From Candidatus Dadabacteria bacterium (GTDB taxonomy: Bacteria; Desulfobacterota_D; UBA1144; Nemesobacterales; CSP1-2): 64,000 nucleotides of DNA. Shown one piece after another: positions 10,474 through 20,443 of the stretch. The translations under genes and the position numbers were made by a program. Below the pieces are notes generated by a model. It ran no database searches and was not told where the DNA came from. It was given only the letters and a program-made list of their open reading frames with translations. Each line of letters opens with the position of its first letter. Positions within the stretch are counted from its first letter, which is position 1. The stretch spans positions 224,001-288,000 of the forward strand of contig CAWDVW010000006.1 of NCBI GenBank assembly GCA_963805855.1, given 5' to 3'.

Positions 10474-11025
10474 ATGAGCATAGCGACGGCCGTGAGAGAG
10501 ATTCTTACTGAGATTGGAGAGGATCCGGACAGACAGGGACTTCAAAATACCCCTGATAGAGTTGCCAGGATGTATAAAGAGCTTACGGCAGGCTATCTGA
10601 TCTCACCTCAACAAATCATAAACGGTGCTATCTACGATATTAGGTACGATGAAATGGTTGTAGTAAGGGACATTGAGTTTTACAGCCTTTGCGAACATCA
10701 TCTGCTCCCCTTTTTTGGTAAGTGCAGCGTTGCATATATCCCAGATGGAAAAGTAATAGGACTTAGCAAGATACCAAGGGTTATTGAGATCTTTGCACGA
10801 CGTCTTCAGATTCAAGAGGCAATGACCGTTCAGATTGCGGATTTTTTAAATGATATTCTTAAGCCCCAGGGTGTAGCCGTCGTTGCAGAAGCTTATCATC
10901 TATGCATGGCGATGAGGGGGGTTGAGAAGTCTGAGGCTAGCATGCTGACCAGCTCAATGCGAGGGGTATTTAAAAAGGACGAGAGAACAAGAATAGAATT
11001 TTTAAGCTTGATAGGTAAGCGTTGA
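10474..11025 (+). CDS. folE: GTP cyclohydrolase I
   Basis: [35 protein letters not shown]. Confidence 0.95.
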   Translation: MSIATAVREILTEIGEDPDRQGLQNTPDRVARMYKELTAGYLISPQQIINGAIYDIRYDEMVVVRDIEFYSLCEHHLLPFFGKCSVAYIPDGKVIGLSKIPRVIEIFARRLQIQEAMTVQIADFLNDILKPQGVAVVAEAYHLCMAMRGVEKSEASMLTSSMRGVFKKDERTRIEFLSLIGKR

Positions 11026-11729
11026 TGCCAAGAGAGGTAGCAGTAGTTACCGGGGCTGGAAGGGGTATAGGGAAAGAGATTGCGATTAATCTTTCAAAGG
11101 AGGGTTTTTTCGTTGTTATCTGTTCAAGGACCTCTAGACAGATTACGGAAGTCGGGCGGGAGATACTAGATAATGGAGGAGAAGGAATGGCTTTGTGCTG
11201 TGATATTGGAGTTGAGGATGAGGTAGTAAAGTTTATCGATGAAGTCTCAGAGGTCACCGGCCGAATAGACATACTGGTAAACAACGCCGGTATTGCTTAT
11301 AGTGAACCAATCACAAAGATTGATTCTTCAAAATGGGAAGAGATAATAAGAGTTAACCTCACAGGCACCTTTTTGATGACTAAGTATGCTTTAAAACATA
11401 TGGGGTATGGAAGTCATATATTTAACGTCATCTCTAATGCGGGTAAGACGGGTTTTCCTAATTGGTCTGCTTACTGTGCTTCGAAGTTTGGCGTTCTCGG
11501 ATTTACGAATTCAATTAGAGAGGAACTGAGGGATCGGAGTATAAAGGTGACGGCCGTTCTTCCAGGTCCTACAGACACACCGCTGTGGGAGGGCATTGAA
11601 GGGGTATGGGATAGGGAAAGAATGATGAAACCAGACGCTGTAGCGGATATGATTATTAGCATCTACAAGCAGCCCGAGGATGTTGTGACTGAAGAGGTAT
11701 TTATTATGCCCAGAGGGGGGGCTTTTTAG
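11025..11729 (+). CDS. Short-chain dehydrogenase/reductase
   Basis: TGAGRGIG, NNAG, YCASK; start overlaps folE stop. Confidence 0.9.
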   Translation: MPREVAVVTGAGRGIGKEIAINLSKEGFFVVICSRTSRQITEVGREILDNGGEGMALCCDIGVEDEVVKFIDEVSEVTGRIDILVNNAGIAYSEPITKIDSSKWEEIIRVNLTGTFLMTKYALKHMGYGSHIFNVISNAGKTGFPNWSAYCASKFGVLGFTNSIREELRDRSIKVTAVLPGPTDTPLWEGIEGVWDRERMMKPDAVADMIISIYKQPEDVVTEEVFIMPRGGAF

Positions 11730-11813
11730 TGGTTATTTTTGATGATAAGATTTATTGGTGAAATTTATCAAAATCCTTAGCATACTATTCATGTTTGAGG
11801 GTAAGATATTAAA

Positions 11814-13136
11814 ATGCATCGGATCGTAGTTGTAGGGCTGGATTATAAGTCTGCTCCTGTAGAACTCAGAGAGCGTTTAGCCTTCTCACAATCCATGTTG
11901 GAATTGGGTCTCGAAAAGCTGTGTGTGAAAAGAAGTGTCCAGGAGTGCGTGATCTTATCTACCTGCAACCGTGTGGAGGTGTATTCTGTTTCCGACAATA
12001 TTGACGAATGTGTTGAAAGTATAAGGGAGTTTCTCTCGGAGTTTCACGGGGTATCATTGGATTCGTTTGCTCACTTGCTCAATATCTCCATCGGACACAT
12101 GGCAATAAGGCATTTATTCAGTGTGGCTTCCAGCATAGACTCTATGGTTATTGGAGAGCCTCAAATACTTGGGCAGGTAAAACAGGCATACAAGTCAGCC
12201 GTTCTTAAGCAGACAGTCGGATTAATCTTGAATCGACTGTTTCATACCGCTTTTTTCGTAGCCAAAAAGGTCAGGGCTCAGACCAAAATAGGCACCCAGG
12301 CGGTTTCGGTAAGTTATGTTGCTGTAGAGCTTGCAAAGAGGATATTTGATGACCTGTCAAAAAGAAGAGTCATGCTGATCGGTGCTGGAGATATGGGCGA
12401 GCTTGCCGCTCTGCATCTAATTAACAGCGGTATAAAGGACTTAACTATTGCAAGTCGGCGGTATGACAATTCGGAAGCGCTTGCAAGTAAACTTAATGGA
12501 ACCCCGATAAGTATGGACGAGGTTTATTATTTTCTGAGGGAAACTGACATAGTAATAACCGCTACCGGGTCGTCTGAGTATGTTATTAAACCCCACCATA
12601 TGCGGGAAGCCCTCAAGCTGAGAAATAATGAGCCAATTTTTATGATTGATATTGCGGTTCCACGCGATATCGATCCGAGGGTTGAAGAAATATCAAACAT
12701 CTATCTTTACGATATTGATGATCTGCGAAGCGTAACGGATGAAAATATGGAGTCCAGGCGGGAAAATGCCAAATTGGCCGAAGAAATCGTACTTCAAACC
12801 GAAAGAAACTTCCAAAGGTGGCTCAATGGTTTGAAGGTGGTGCCGACAATAGTTAAGCTGAGGAATAAGATCGAGATTATTAAGGAAGCGGAATTAAGAA
12901 GGGCACTCGATAAGTTGGGAAGAGATGATGAAAAGGTAAGGATTATAATTGAAAGCATGGCTTCGGGAATCGTTGGAAAGATACTTCATGATCCGTTGAC
13001 AAATTTAAAGAAGGAATCCTCTACGTCTTTGGGGGCCCTATATATGGATTCAATGCAAAAATTATTTGAGCTCGACACTGAATTTAAGATCTTTGAAGAA
13101 GAGGAAGATGAAGCAGACGTTAAGGATTGGGAGTAG
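11814..13136 (+). CDS. hemA: Glutamyl-tRNA reductase
   Basis: APVELRERL, LSTCNRVEVY, GEPQILGQVK, GAGDMG, DIAVPRD. Confidence 0.95.
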   Translation: MHRIVVVGLDYKSAPVELRERLAFSQSMLELGLEKLCVKRSVQECVILSTCNRVEVYSVSDNIDECVESIREFLSEFHGVSLDSFAHLLNISIGHMAIRHLFSVASSIDSMVIGEPQILGQVKQAYKSAVLKQTVGLILNRLFHTAFFVAKKVRAQTKIGTQAVSVSYVAVELAKRIFDDLSKRRVMLIGAGDMGELAALHLINSGIKDLTIASRRYDNSEALASKLNGTPISMDEVYYFLRETDIVITATGSSEYVIKPHHMREALKLRNNEPIFMIDIAVPRDIDPRVEEISNIYLYDIDDLRSVTDENMESRRENAKLAEEIVLQTERNFQRWLNGLKVVPTIVKLRNKIEIIKEAELRRALDKLGRDDEKVRIIIESMASGIVGKILHDPLTNLKKESSTSLGALYMDSMQKLFELDTEFKIFEEEEDEADVKDWE

Positions 13137-14031
13137 GGGTAGTAAGCTTGCGCTCTGGCAAGCTGGTTTTATAGAGTCTCTCATAAGTAGTAAATTCCCC
13201 GAATTAAAAACCAAAAAGCATATTATAAAAACCACCGGAGATAAGGAGTTAGATTCTCCCCTTTCGGTAATAGGGGGCAAAGGGGTATTTGTTAAGGAGA
13301 TTGAAGAGTCACTTCTTAAACGTGAAATAGATATCGCGGTTCATAGCCTGAAGGATTTACCGACTGTCCAACCAGATGGGCTTAAAATTGGGGCAGTCGC
13401 AAAAAGGCACGATCCAAGGGACGCTGTAGCATCGAATGCGAGATTAAAATTATCCCAGCTTAAAAAAGGATCAAGGGTTGGGACTGGTAGTCTGAGGCGT
13501 CAAGCACAGATACTTTATCATTTCCCTTATTTAAAAATAGCTCCGATCAGAGGGAATGTTGATACTAGAATAAGGAAGTTAAAAAATGGCGGCTTTGACG
13601 CTATCGTTCTTGCGGTCGCAGGGCTTGAGAGGCTGAATTTAGTTGAGGAACTTACAGAAATCTGTCCAGTCGATTTTCTTATACCGGCCCCGGGACAGGG
13701 TATTTTAGCTGTCGAATGCAGAGAAAACGATGATGACTTAAATGAAATCCTCTCAGAAATTAATCACCTCGATACAAGTATAGCTGCCTCGGCGGAAAGA
13801 TCGTTTCTTCTGAGAATTGGTGGAGACTGCAACATCCCTGCGGGGTGTTATGCTTCGATTATAGACGAGAGCCTCAGTGTATTAGGTTTCCTTGCCTCCC
13901 CCGATGGCGCAGACTTGGTAAGAAAGGAGATACAGGGTCCACTCGGGGATCATAAATCTCTGGGGAATGAGCTTGCAGAAAAAATACTTTCGGATGGCGG
14001 GAATAAAATCATATCAAAGCTTACCGCGTAA
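13108..14031 (+). CDS. hemC: Porphobilinogen deaminase
   Basis: IGSRGSKLALWQA, GKGVFVKEIE, AVHSLKD, GTGSLRR, GGDC. Confidence 0.95.
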   Translation: MKQTLRIGSRGSKLALWQAGFIESLISSKFPELKTKKHIIKTTGDKELDSPLSVIGGKGVFVKEIEESLLKREIDIAVHSLKDLPTVQPDGLKIGAVAKRHDPRDAVASNARLKLSQLKKGSRVGTGSLRRQAQILYHFPYLKIAPIRGNVDTRIRKLKNGGFDAIVLAVAGLERLNLVEELTEICPVDFLIPAPGQGILAVECRENDDDLNEILSEINHLDTSIAASAERSFLLRIGGDCNIPAGCYASIIDESLSVLGFLASPDGADLVRKEIQGPLGDHKSLGNELAEKILSDGGNKIISKLTA

Positions 14032-14046
14032 TTTAAAGAAAATCAG

Positions 14047-14090
14047 AAAAACATGGGGACTGTACCTCCGTGGACTGTCCCCATGTTTTT
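14047..14090. terminator. Hairpin after hemC (bidirectional terminator or REP-like)
   Basis: AAAAACATGGGGAC / GTCCCCATGTTTTT 14-bp perfect stem. Confidence 0.7.
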
Positions 14091-14097
14091 ATCTTAT

Positions 14098-14365
14098 GTA
14101 GCGGAGGACTTTAGTCCTCCATAAAATCAATGGAATGGAACCATATCGGGACAAGAACGTCCCGCCTATCCTGTTTCGATTATTAAAAATCGATAGGCGA
14201 GGTTTTCCAACCTCGCAAGGTCAAGTCACGAGTCTTGCTCCCATTCTGTCTTTGCGAGGAGTTTTATCCCGAAGCAATCTCATCTTTTTCGTGTTATTTT
14301 AGATTGCGTCCTCTTTGGGAGTAGGTTACGAGTCCCTTCGATCTAACTCAGGGCAGGCTTGCTCG
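14098..14365. repeat. Cluster of REP-like palindromic repeats
   Basis: GTAGCGGAGGACTTTAGTCCTCC (14098-14120); inverted GATAGGCG pair (14145-14216); GTCTTTGCGAGGAG..GAAGCAATCTC (14248-14281). Confidence 0.75.
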
Positions 14366-14498
14366 TGAAATAATCGATATCTTTGTTCTTTGACCGGCTG
14401 CGGCGGTGTTATTCTCTATGTCTATAAATTAGAATAATTTCATTTATTTGGTTACTCATAAGTTTTAATGATACAATATTTTGCTAAAGGAGCTACCC

Positions 14499-15323
14499 AT
14501 GTTATCTAATAACGGCCAAGAAATTGAATTTGCATTCTTAGACATAGAGACAACCGGACTCGATCCGTTCTTGGGCGATAAGATGTGTGAGATCGCGATC
14601 TTAAAAACAAGGGGATATAAGGTGTTGGACAGGCTTGCGACCCTTGTTAATCCAGGAATATCCATTCCTCCCAGGGCTTCGTCTATTAACAGAATAACAG
14701 ATGATATGGTAAGAAAAGCTCCATTCTTCAGAAATATTGCTTTTAAGGTTAAGGATTTCTTGCAAGATTCAATAATAGTAGCCCACAATGCCAGGTTCGA
14801 CCTGGCATTTTTATTCATTGAATTCAACAACCTTAAACTATCACCGCCTGAAAATACGGTGCTGGATACATTGAAAATTGCTAGAAGGTATTATGATTTC
14901 CCAAGCAATAATCTTGGTGATATTGCAAGGTACATTGGCATTTCCACTTTAAGCGAACACAGGGCATTCGCCGATGTCAGGATCACTAAAGACGTCTTCG
15001 AGTTTTTTATAAGTGATTTGACGCGGAGAGGAATCAGGATCAAGAGCCTAAAGGACATCCTGAAACTCCAGGGCGAGCCTCTGAAATTCGACCGGCCGAG
15101 TGAAGTAGTCCTTCCGCAGGCAATCGAGGGGGCACTAAGGACGAAAGGAAAGTTGCAGATAACTTACCTATCGGCTTACAGTGATTTCACCACTACAAGG
15201 ATCATTGAGCCAATAGAGGTAAATCTAAGGAAAAGTAACACGTACTTATTGGCTTATTGCCACCTGAGAAAGGAGAGGTGCAGTTTCAGGCTCGATCGGA
15301 TTCTCGAGGTAAAAAGTGTTTGA
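14499..15323 (+). CDS. DEDDh 3'-5' exonuclease (DnaQ-like) fused to C-terminal WYL domain
   Basis: AAGGAG RBS; LDIETTG, AHNARFD, HRAFAD; C-terminal RIIEP...YLLAYCHLRKE.CSFRLDRI. Confidence 0.88.
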   Translation: MLSNNGQEIEFAFLDIETTGLDPFLGDKMCEIAILKTRGYKVLDRLATLVNPGISIPPRASSINRITDDMVRKAPFFRNIAFKVKDFLQDSIIVAHNARFDLAFLFIEFNNLKLSPPENTVLDTLKIARRYYDFPSNNLGDIARYIGISTLSEHRAFADVRITKDVFEFFISDLTRRGIRIKSLKDILKLQGEPLKFDRPSEVVLPQAIEGALRTKGKLQITYLSAYSDFTTTRIIEPIEVNLRKSNTYLLAYCHLRKERCSFRLDRILEVKSV

Positions 15324-15352
15324 TAATGAATTAAACCAAACATTTCCCCTCC

Positions 15353-15756
15353 TGTCATCGGGGAATATCTCAGAGTAGGCGCGCGGAATTTTGAAATCTC
15401 CTCCCCCTATTCCTATAGGGGGAGGATTAAGGTGGGGGTAAACATTTTAACGGATGAATTCCCTTTATCGCGACCGAGCTACTCGTTTAATGTACGTAGC
15501 GGATCGCTTCGATATCCTCGCGATGACAGGCGATCTCACCACCTGTCATTCCCGCGGATTGTAGGCGGGAATCCAGAAAAACTTATGGGTGCCCGATTAA
15601 GCTTGTCCTCGCATGTTGCTGGGCGGGACTAAGTCGGAATGCCGGTTTGCTCCTATTCCGTCTTTGCGAGGAGCTTTACCCCGAAGCAATCTCATCTTTT
15701 TCCTGTTGTAGATTGCTTTGCCCCCCTCGATTTTTCTAAGGGCTCTCGCAACGACG
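15353..15756. repeat. Cluster of nested palindromic repeats
   Basis: 47-bp AATCTCCTCCCCCTAT.CCTATAGGGGGAGGATTAAGGTGGGGGTAA (15395-15441, also 21654-21700); GTCATTCCCG..CGGGAATCCA; CGTCTTTGCGAG..CTCGCAACGACG (15659-15756). Confidence 0.75.
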
Positions 15757-15790
15757 CGAGAATTTTCTTTTATGTCCGGGGTTATCTGGT

Positions 15791-16114
15791 TTATTTTTCG
15801 GATTCTGTAGGTGCAGGTGTTACCCCTATCTTTAACTCTATCACTTCAGCTTCTAAACGCTTTTTTTCAGCTAATAATTTTTGTTTCTCAAATGTTAGCT
15901 GATCTACGTCTTTTTGTAATTTTTCTACTTCTATCCGAAGCTCTTCTATGCTCTTCTTGAGTATATCGGTATCGGCTTTAGTCTCTTCAAGTTGGGTTTT
16001 TGTCGTTTCGTATGCTTCCTTTTGAACTTTTTCGGGCTTCTCCTTGCATCCTGGGGTGAACGATAATACAAAAAGCATAAAGATTGCGGTTACTACTGTC
16101 GTAAAATTTTTCAT
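15791..16114 (-). CDS. Coiled-coil lipoprotein
   Basis: GAGGAGG RBS; signal peptide ending TPGC; heptad-rich body. Confidence 0.7.
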   Translation of the reverse strand: MKNFTTVVTAIFMLFVLSFTPGCKEKPEKVQKEAYETTKTQLEETKADTDILKKSIEELRIEVEKLQKDVDQLTFEKQKLLAEKKRLEAEVIELKIGVTPAPTESEK

Positions 16115-16512
16115 TAGCCCTATCCTCCTCAACGTGTTTGAAAAAATAACTTATATTTATTATTAATAAAAGTCAACAAATTGCTTGAATAGTGTCATTT
16201 AAAAATTAAAGTTGCACACTCTTAAAGCCATATTAGGAGTATGTAAAAAGGGTGACGCATTGGTCACCACGACTTATTCATGGATTTCTTGATGCCGACC
16301 ATTACCCGGCCGTTCGTCCTGACCTGTCCTGAGCTTGACGAAGGGCCTTCCCTTAGTTAGATCGAAGGGCCCGTCGAAGCAAACGGCTGGGGCGTATTAT
16401 TGATTGGTGGATAAAAGGATTGAATTTGTTTAATGTGAAGATACGGCCCCGTCTAAAGCTTTATTCTATATGTAAGGTTGTTGTTTTCTTAAATCTGAGT
16501 TAAATTGGTAAT

Positions 16513-16737
16513 ATGAAACGCATTATTCAGTTTAAAATTTACACAGGTGAAAATTACTATATTGGCGAATGTGTTGATTTACCTATTGTAACCCAAGGCA
16601 AAACCCTTGACGAAGTAGTAGCCAATATTAAGGAGGCCTTGAGTCTTCATTTAGAAGGAGAAGACCTCTCCGATCTAGATCTGGCTTCAGATCCCTCGGT
16701 CTTGGTGAATTTTGAGTTGGAAATGGCTCATGCCTAA
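16513..16737 (+). CDS. hicB: HicB family antitoxin (short form)
   Basis: YIGECVDLPIVTQGKTLDEVVANIKEALSLHLE. Confidence 0.85.
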   Translation: MKRIIQFKIYTGENYYIGECVDLPIVTQGKTLDEVVANIKEALSLHLEGEDLSDLDLASDPSVLVNFELEMAHA

Positions 16738-16975
16738 GCTGAGAGCTCTTTCTGGATCTGAAGTTGTAACAACCTTTAAGTCTTTTGGATTTAAAATTGC
16801 TTCTCAAAAAGGAAGTCATGTTAAATTACAAAGAATCTTACCCAATGGTATTAAGCAAACCCTTACCATCCCTCTTCATGATGAGTTAGATAAAGGAACA
16901 ATCAAAGCGATCTACCGGCAATCTCTTCGTTATATTCCTGAAAATGAACTAAGAGATTATTTTTATACCTTATAG
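16730..16975 (+). CDS. hicA: HicA family toxin
   Basis: LSGSEVV..FGF..SQKGSHVKL..TIPLHDELDKGTIKAI; overlaps hicB. Confidence 0.88.
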   Translation: MPKLRALSGSEVVTTFKSFGFKIASQKGSHVKLQRILPNGIKQTLTIPLHDELDKGTIKAIYRQSLRYIPENELRDYFYTL

Positions 16976-17325
16976 GGAAGAGAAACCTAACACACTTATT
17001 CGAGTAAACGCCGCGCACAAGGTCACATGAAAATATTAGAAAATGGAGTCTGTTGTAGATGCTCAGTAATTATGTCCCTCTTTTCCAATAACGAAGAAAT
17101 CTTAATTTAACAAATAGAGGAGCTGAACTTTTATCTCTAAAAACCATATAATAATTTATTTAATCAAATAATTGTGTGTCTAAGTAGTGTGTTATCTTAA
17201 ATTTGTGATTTTCATTTTTGAATTAAGTGATCTAAGAAACCTTTTTTGAACGAATAATGAATCACTTACTAATAAGTCGCAAAAAGTTACCGAATTAGTG
17301 AGCTAGTACATCTGTCCCTGCTCTT

Positions 17326-17550
17326 ATGCCTGCTTTTTTTGAGGATCTAACTAAACGTAGTGATCAGGGCTCTTATCGAACAGCAGCGTACCTACTGTGC
17401 AGGGTATCAAATCTCAATATGAGAGCCGTAAGCGACGGATTTAATCTCTCTCCCTCCCGGATATCCAAAATTCAGGGGGAGATTACAAGAGGATATTTTA
17501 GTGATTCAAAGTTGCGAGGGTTAATAAAATGGTATAAGGTTCAGGCCTGG
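17326..17550 (+). pseudogene. Probable C-terminal HTH remnant of a RAYT-type transposase
   Basis: RTAAYLLCRVSNLNMRAVSDGFNLSPSRISKIQ HTH pattern; no N-terminal part. Confidence 0.45.
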
Positions 17551-17616
17551 TTCACGGCTAGGCTAGGCGGACTCATCTTCAAGAGATTGAAACGCACTTT
17601 TGCTGATGTATTATAA
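17551..17616 (+). pseudogene. 3' end fragment of a wzm-type ABC permease
   Basis: GGLIFKRLKRTFADVL* resembles GGLIFKKLKPAFGDVL* of the wzm at 45895. Confidence 0.65.
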
Positions 17617-17645
17617 TCGTAACTTGGATCAATAGTTTTTCAGGA

Positions 17646-17888
17646 GTGCTTGTGGTCAAGCTGATGTACAAAATAGGAAAGACCAGCGAAATAGAGCATC
17701 TCATGCTCGATTTTTTGGATGGATTATCGAGAACTGTGGATGAAAGAATAAGCCTGGGATTCATTCCATTGAAGCTACCCGTGGTTGACGATGCAGCATA
17801 TCGGATATTTGAAACGATGAAAGAATACCGCCAGTGGTCAGAGCATAATCTACCTCCCTATTTAGGATATTATCGGCCAAATGATTGA
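17646..17888 (+). CDS. Small hypothetical protein coupled to nucleotidyltransferase
   Basis: 80-aa ORF overlapping next start. Confidence 0.55.
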   Translation: MLVVKLMYKIGKTSEIEHLMLDFLDGLSRTVDERISLGFIPLKLPVVDDAAYRIFETMKEYRQWSEHNLPPYLGYYRPND

Positions 17889-18348
17889 CAGAGCGAGGAA
17901 GGTAGCGGAGATCTTTAAAGAGTATGGGGTTTCCTATTTATTCATTGGAAAATTTGGCGCTATTTTGTATGGGTATCCAGGGACAACTCAGGATATCGAT
18001 ATTTTTCCACTGAAACAGAAGTCAAATTGTGAGAAGCTTGTGAACGCTTTAAGAGAGTTAGGATTCCACTTAGACACGACATTGAAGGAGGCGATTTTGA
18101 AGGGAAAGGATTTTATTCAGATCCGGGGTGGGCCTTTTCCACTAGATATCATTTTTGAGCCCGATGGAATAGATTCTTTTAAAGATGCAAACAAACGTAG
18201 CACACTGATCGGCGGATTATTTCTTTGCGCTTCGATGGATGACATTATAGAGAGTAAAAAAGCCGCTGGTCGCCAGAGAGATCAGGAAGAATTACCACGA
18301 TTAGAACTGTTCAAAGAAACACTAGAGAAACAGAATAAGAACCTCTGA
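17881..18348 (+). CDS. Nucleotidyltransferase family protein
   Basis: YLFIG..A..YG...TQDIDI, LDII, K.AAGR.RD. Confidence 0.8.
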   Translation: MIDRARKVAEIFKEYGVSYLFIGKFGAILYGYPGTTQDIDIFPLKQKSNCEKLVNALRELGFHLDTTLKEAILKGKDFIQIRGGPFPLDIIFEPDGIDSFKDANKRSTLIGGLFLCASMDDIIESKKAAGRQRDQEELPRLELFKETLEKQNKNL

Positions 18349-18824
18349 GCCGCCTAAATAGCGTCTATACACAAGGGGATAACGGCACAGTGAAAAGGGG
18401 ACATGGGTCCCATTTGTTCATAACGGGGTATCGAGGAGTATTATTTAGTGGTGGATATAAGCATTGCATTTGTCAAATGTGAAGATACGGGCCTCTTCAA
18501 AGCTTTCTTTCATTCCGTCTTTGCGAGGAGCTTTATCCCGAAGCAATCTCATCTTTTTGCTGTCTTTTATCTTTATTTGCCTCCTAGGGTTGCAGTCCTT
18601 GATATACAGGCCGCAGCGAAGGAATTTAATATCCATTCCTCGCGCATATGGAGAATTCAGGGACGAATGAAAGAGGAATTTTAGAGCTACGAGTCTCCGA
18701 AGTTGGTGAATTAGCATAAGGTCCAGAACTGAGGCCACAAATTTTTTCGAGAATCCCATCTTCTTCGCTTCATTGTTCCCTCTCCTTTTACTAGAAAATT
18801 TACTAGCTTAATTTTAACAAGGCC

Positions 18825-19598
18825 TTAATGGGGGGTATTAATAGCTGATCTGTTGAAACGTATTGTTAGCCAACGTAACTTTGGCAGGTTAAATTCCTCA
18901 AGTTGTCTATATCTATTTATTAAAACAAACATGAAAAACCCAATAGATAAAATAAGTTCTGCTGGTTCTTGTATACTCCAATTAAAAAAAGTATTGGGTG
19001 TAGAATTGTAATCAGGCCAAACCCAATAATATAAAAGATAAAAAGCTGCAACTGGAAGAAAATAGCCCATCAGATACCAGTTTGGGATTAAATATGGATT
19101 TATAATAGACTCAAATTTTTTTATCTTTAATAAAGTAAATAGCCATAAAAATGAACCACAAAACCCGACTAGGATATAAAGGTATTCAAAAATCATTTGA
19201 ATCGGAATTAAATTATGTATATTAATTTCTTGTTGTGAACTATGCTCTAAGAAAAATTCAGTTGGTTTTACACCGATAATCCTTTGCCCCCAACTTATTT
19301 CTTCACCAAAAGAAAAAAACAGCCCAAATGCAAGAAATATGTACAGAATTCCCCAATACACATGGCGTTTTTTTATAAAGTCAGTTGCAATAAATATCGC
19401 TAATGTAGAAGATAAGAAATAAAAAGCGCAAGTCAAATACTCGATAAGACCATCCTCTTGAATAAAATAAAACCACACATCGAAGCTGGCCCGTTTTTTT
19501 AGGAATAGAAAAAATATAGAAGTAATTAAAGGGAAAATTAATATAGTTGTTTTTAAAAGTATTGTATTGATCTTTATTGTTATTGTGTTGTTACTCAT
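18825..19598 (-). CDS. Multi-pass membrane protein
   Basis: Several TM segments; EDGLIE and GEEISWGQR...NIHN motifs. Confidence 0.75.
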   Translation of the reverse strand: MSNNTITIKINTILLKTTILIFPLITSIFFLFLKKRASFDVWFYFIQEDGLIEYLTCAFYFLSSTLAIFIATDFIKKRHVYWGILYIFLAFGLFFSFGEEISWGQRIIGVKPTEFFLEHSSQQEINIHNLIPIQMIFEYLYILVGFCGSFLWLFTLLKIKKFESIINPYLIPNWYLMGYFLPVAAFYLLYYWVWPDYNSTPNTFFNWSIQEPAELILSIGFFMFVLINRYRQLEEFNLPKLRWLTIRFNRSAINTPH

Positions 19599-19849
19599 CA
19601 GTCACGCAGCATTTAGTAGAGTTTTTTTGTTGTTTTTGTAATAACCTTCTTGGCCCTGAGTCGGTGTTTGGTACCGAAGAGTCGAATGACGGTATCTCCT
19701 ATTATAACAATCGTCCTAGTTTTCCAGTTTACTTCTAAGCTCTATTTCACTCTCCCATTCCCTTACCCAAAAGAACTCCTCCTTTATTCCTCTTATCATT
19801 CTTTCTTAATCTGTGTTTCCTTTTGGGGAGTAAAAGTGGATGCAAACCT

Positions 19850-20290
19850 CTATTTGAGATTACTTTGCACCCTTTGACGTCCTTGCGGTCTTTAGTGTAA
19901 TATTCGCCCTGTCATCCTTTCTAATTTCTCAATAAATTCATCCGAACCAGAGGGCAAACCTCTCTTTATGTTTCTCCTTAATACTTCCACTTTCTATAAA
20001 TCATCACCCTCAGTTAACCAGTTAGGCCAGTCCTCAATCTCCTCGAACCACTAGTTAATATCCTGTCTCCCTTTAATCTACAATGACCTGCCGCACTTGA
20101 CCAGTCATAATCCACAGCTCTTCTAACCAATCCTACCCTCACGGGATTACGCTCAACCTAACGGAGTGCTGCCCACATATATATTTCATCCAACGGACTT
20201 GAGAAGAAACGCCCCTGCCAAAGATGTCCATCCCATCCACGTTCGCGATTAATTCTTGTGCATATCTCATATGAAGAGGTCAGGGAACTC
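19850..20290 (-). mobile_element. Decayed RAYT / Y1 tyrosine transposase
   Basis: Manual translation: HMRYAQ..INRERGWDGHLWQGRFFSSPLD..ALR*VERNPVRVGLV...WSSA; internal stops and frameshifts. Confidence 0.8.
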
Positions 20291-20443
20291 TTTGGGGACT
20301 TTCCTCTGTAAACGGAACTGCCCCTTTGTACTCCCTTCCCGAGATCGAGAGTTCAAAGTGAGATTTAAAGGGGTTCTATTTCCGAGATCCAAGTGTTGGG
20401 AGTGAGTAAAGTGGTATAACATTAAGGACTGGCCAACTATATT

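Noticed and set aside
15432-15902. ORFs 15432-15632, 15639-15902 and similar ORFs at 18445-18759, 21790-22328, 62659-63155
   Set aside because: Translations of palindromic repeat DNA with no protein motifs
18700-18790. MKRRRWDS start with RBS resembling an IS orfA N-terminus
   Set aside because: Too short to support
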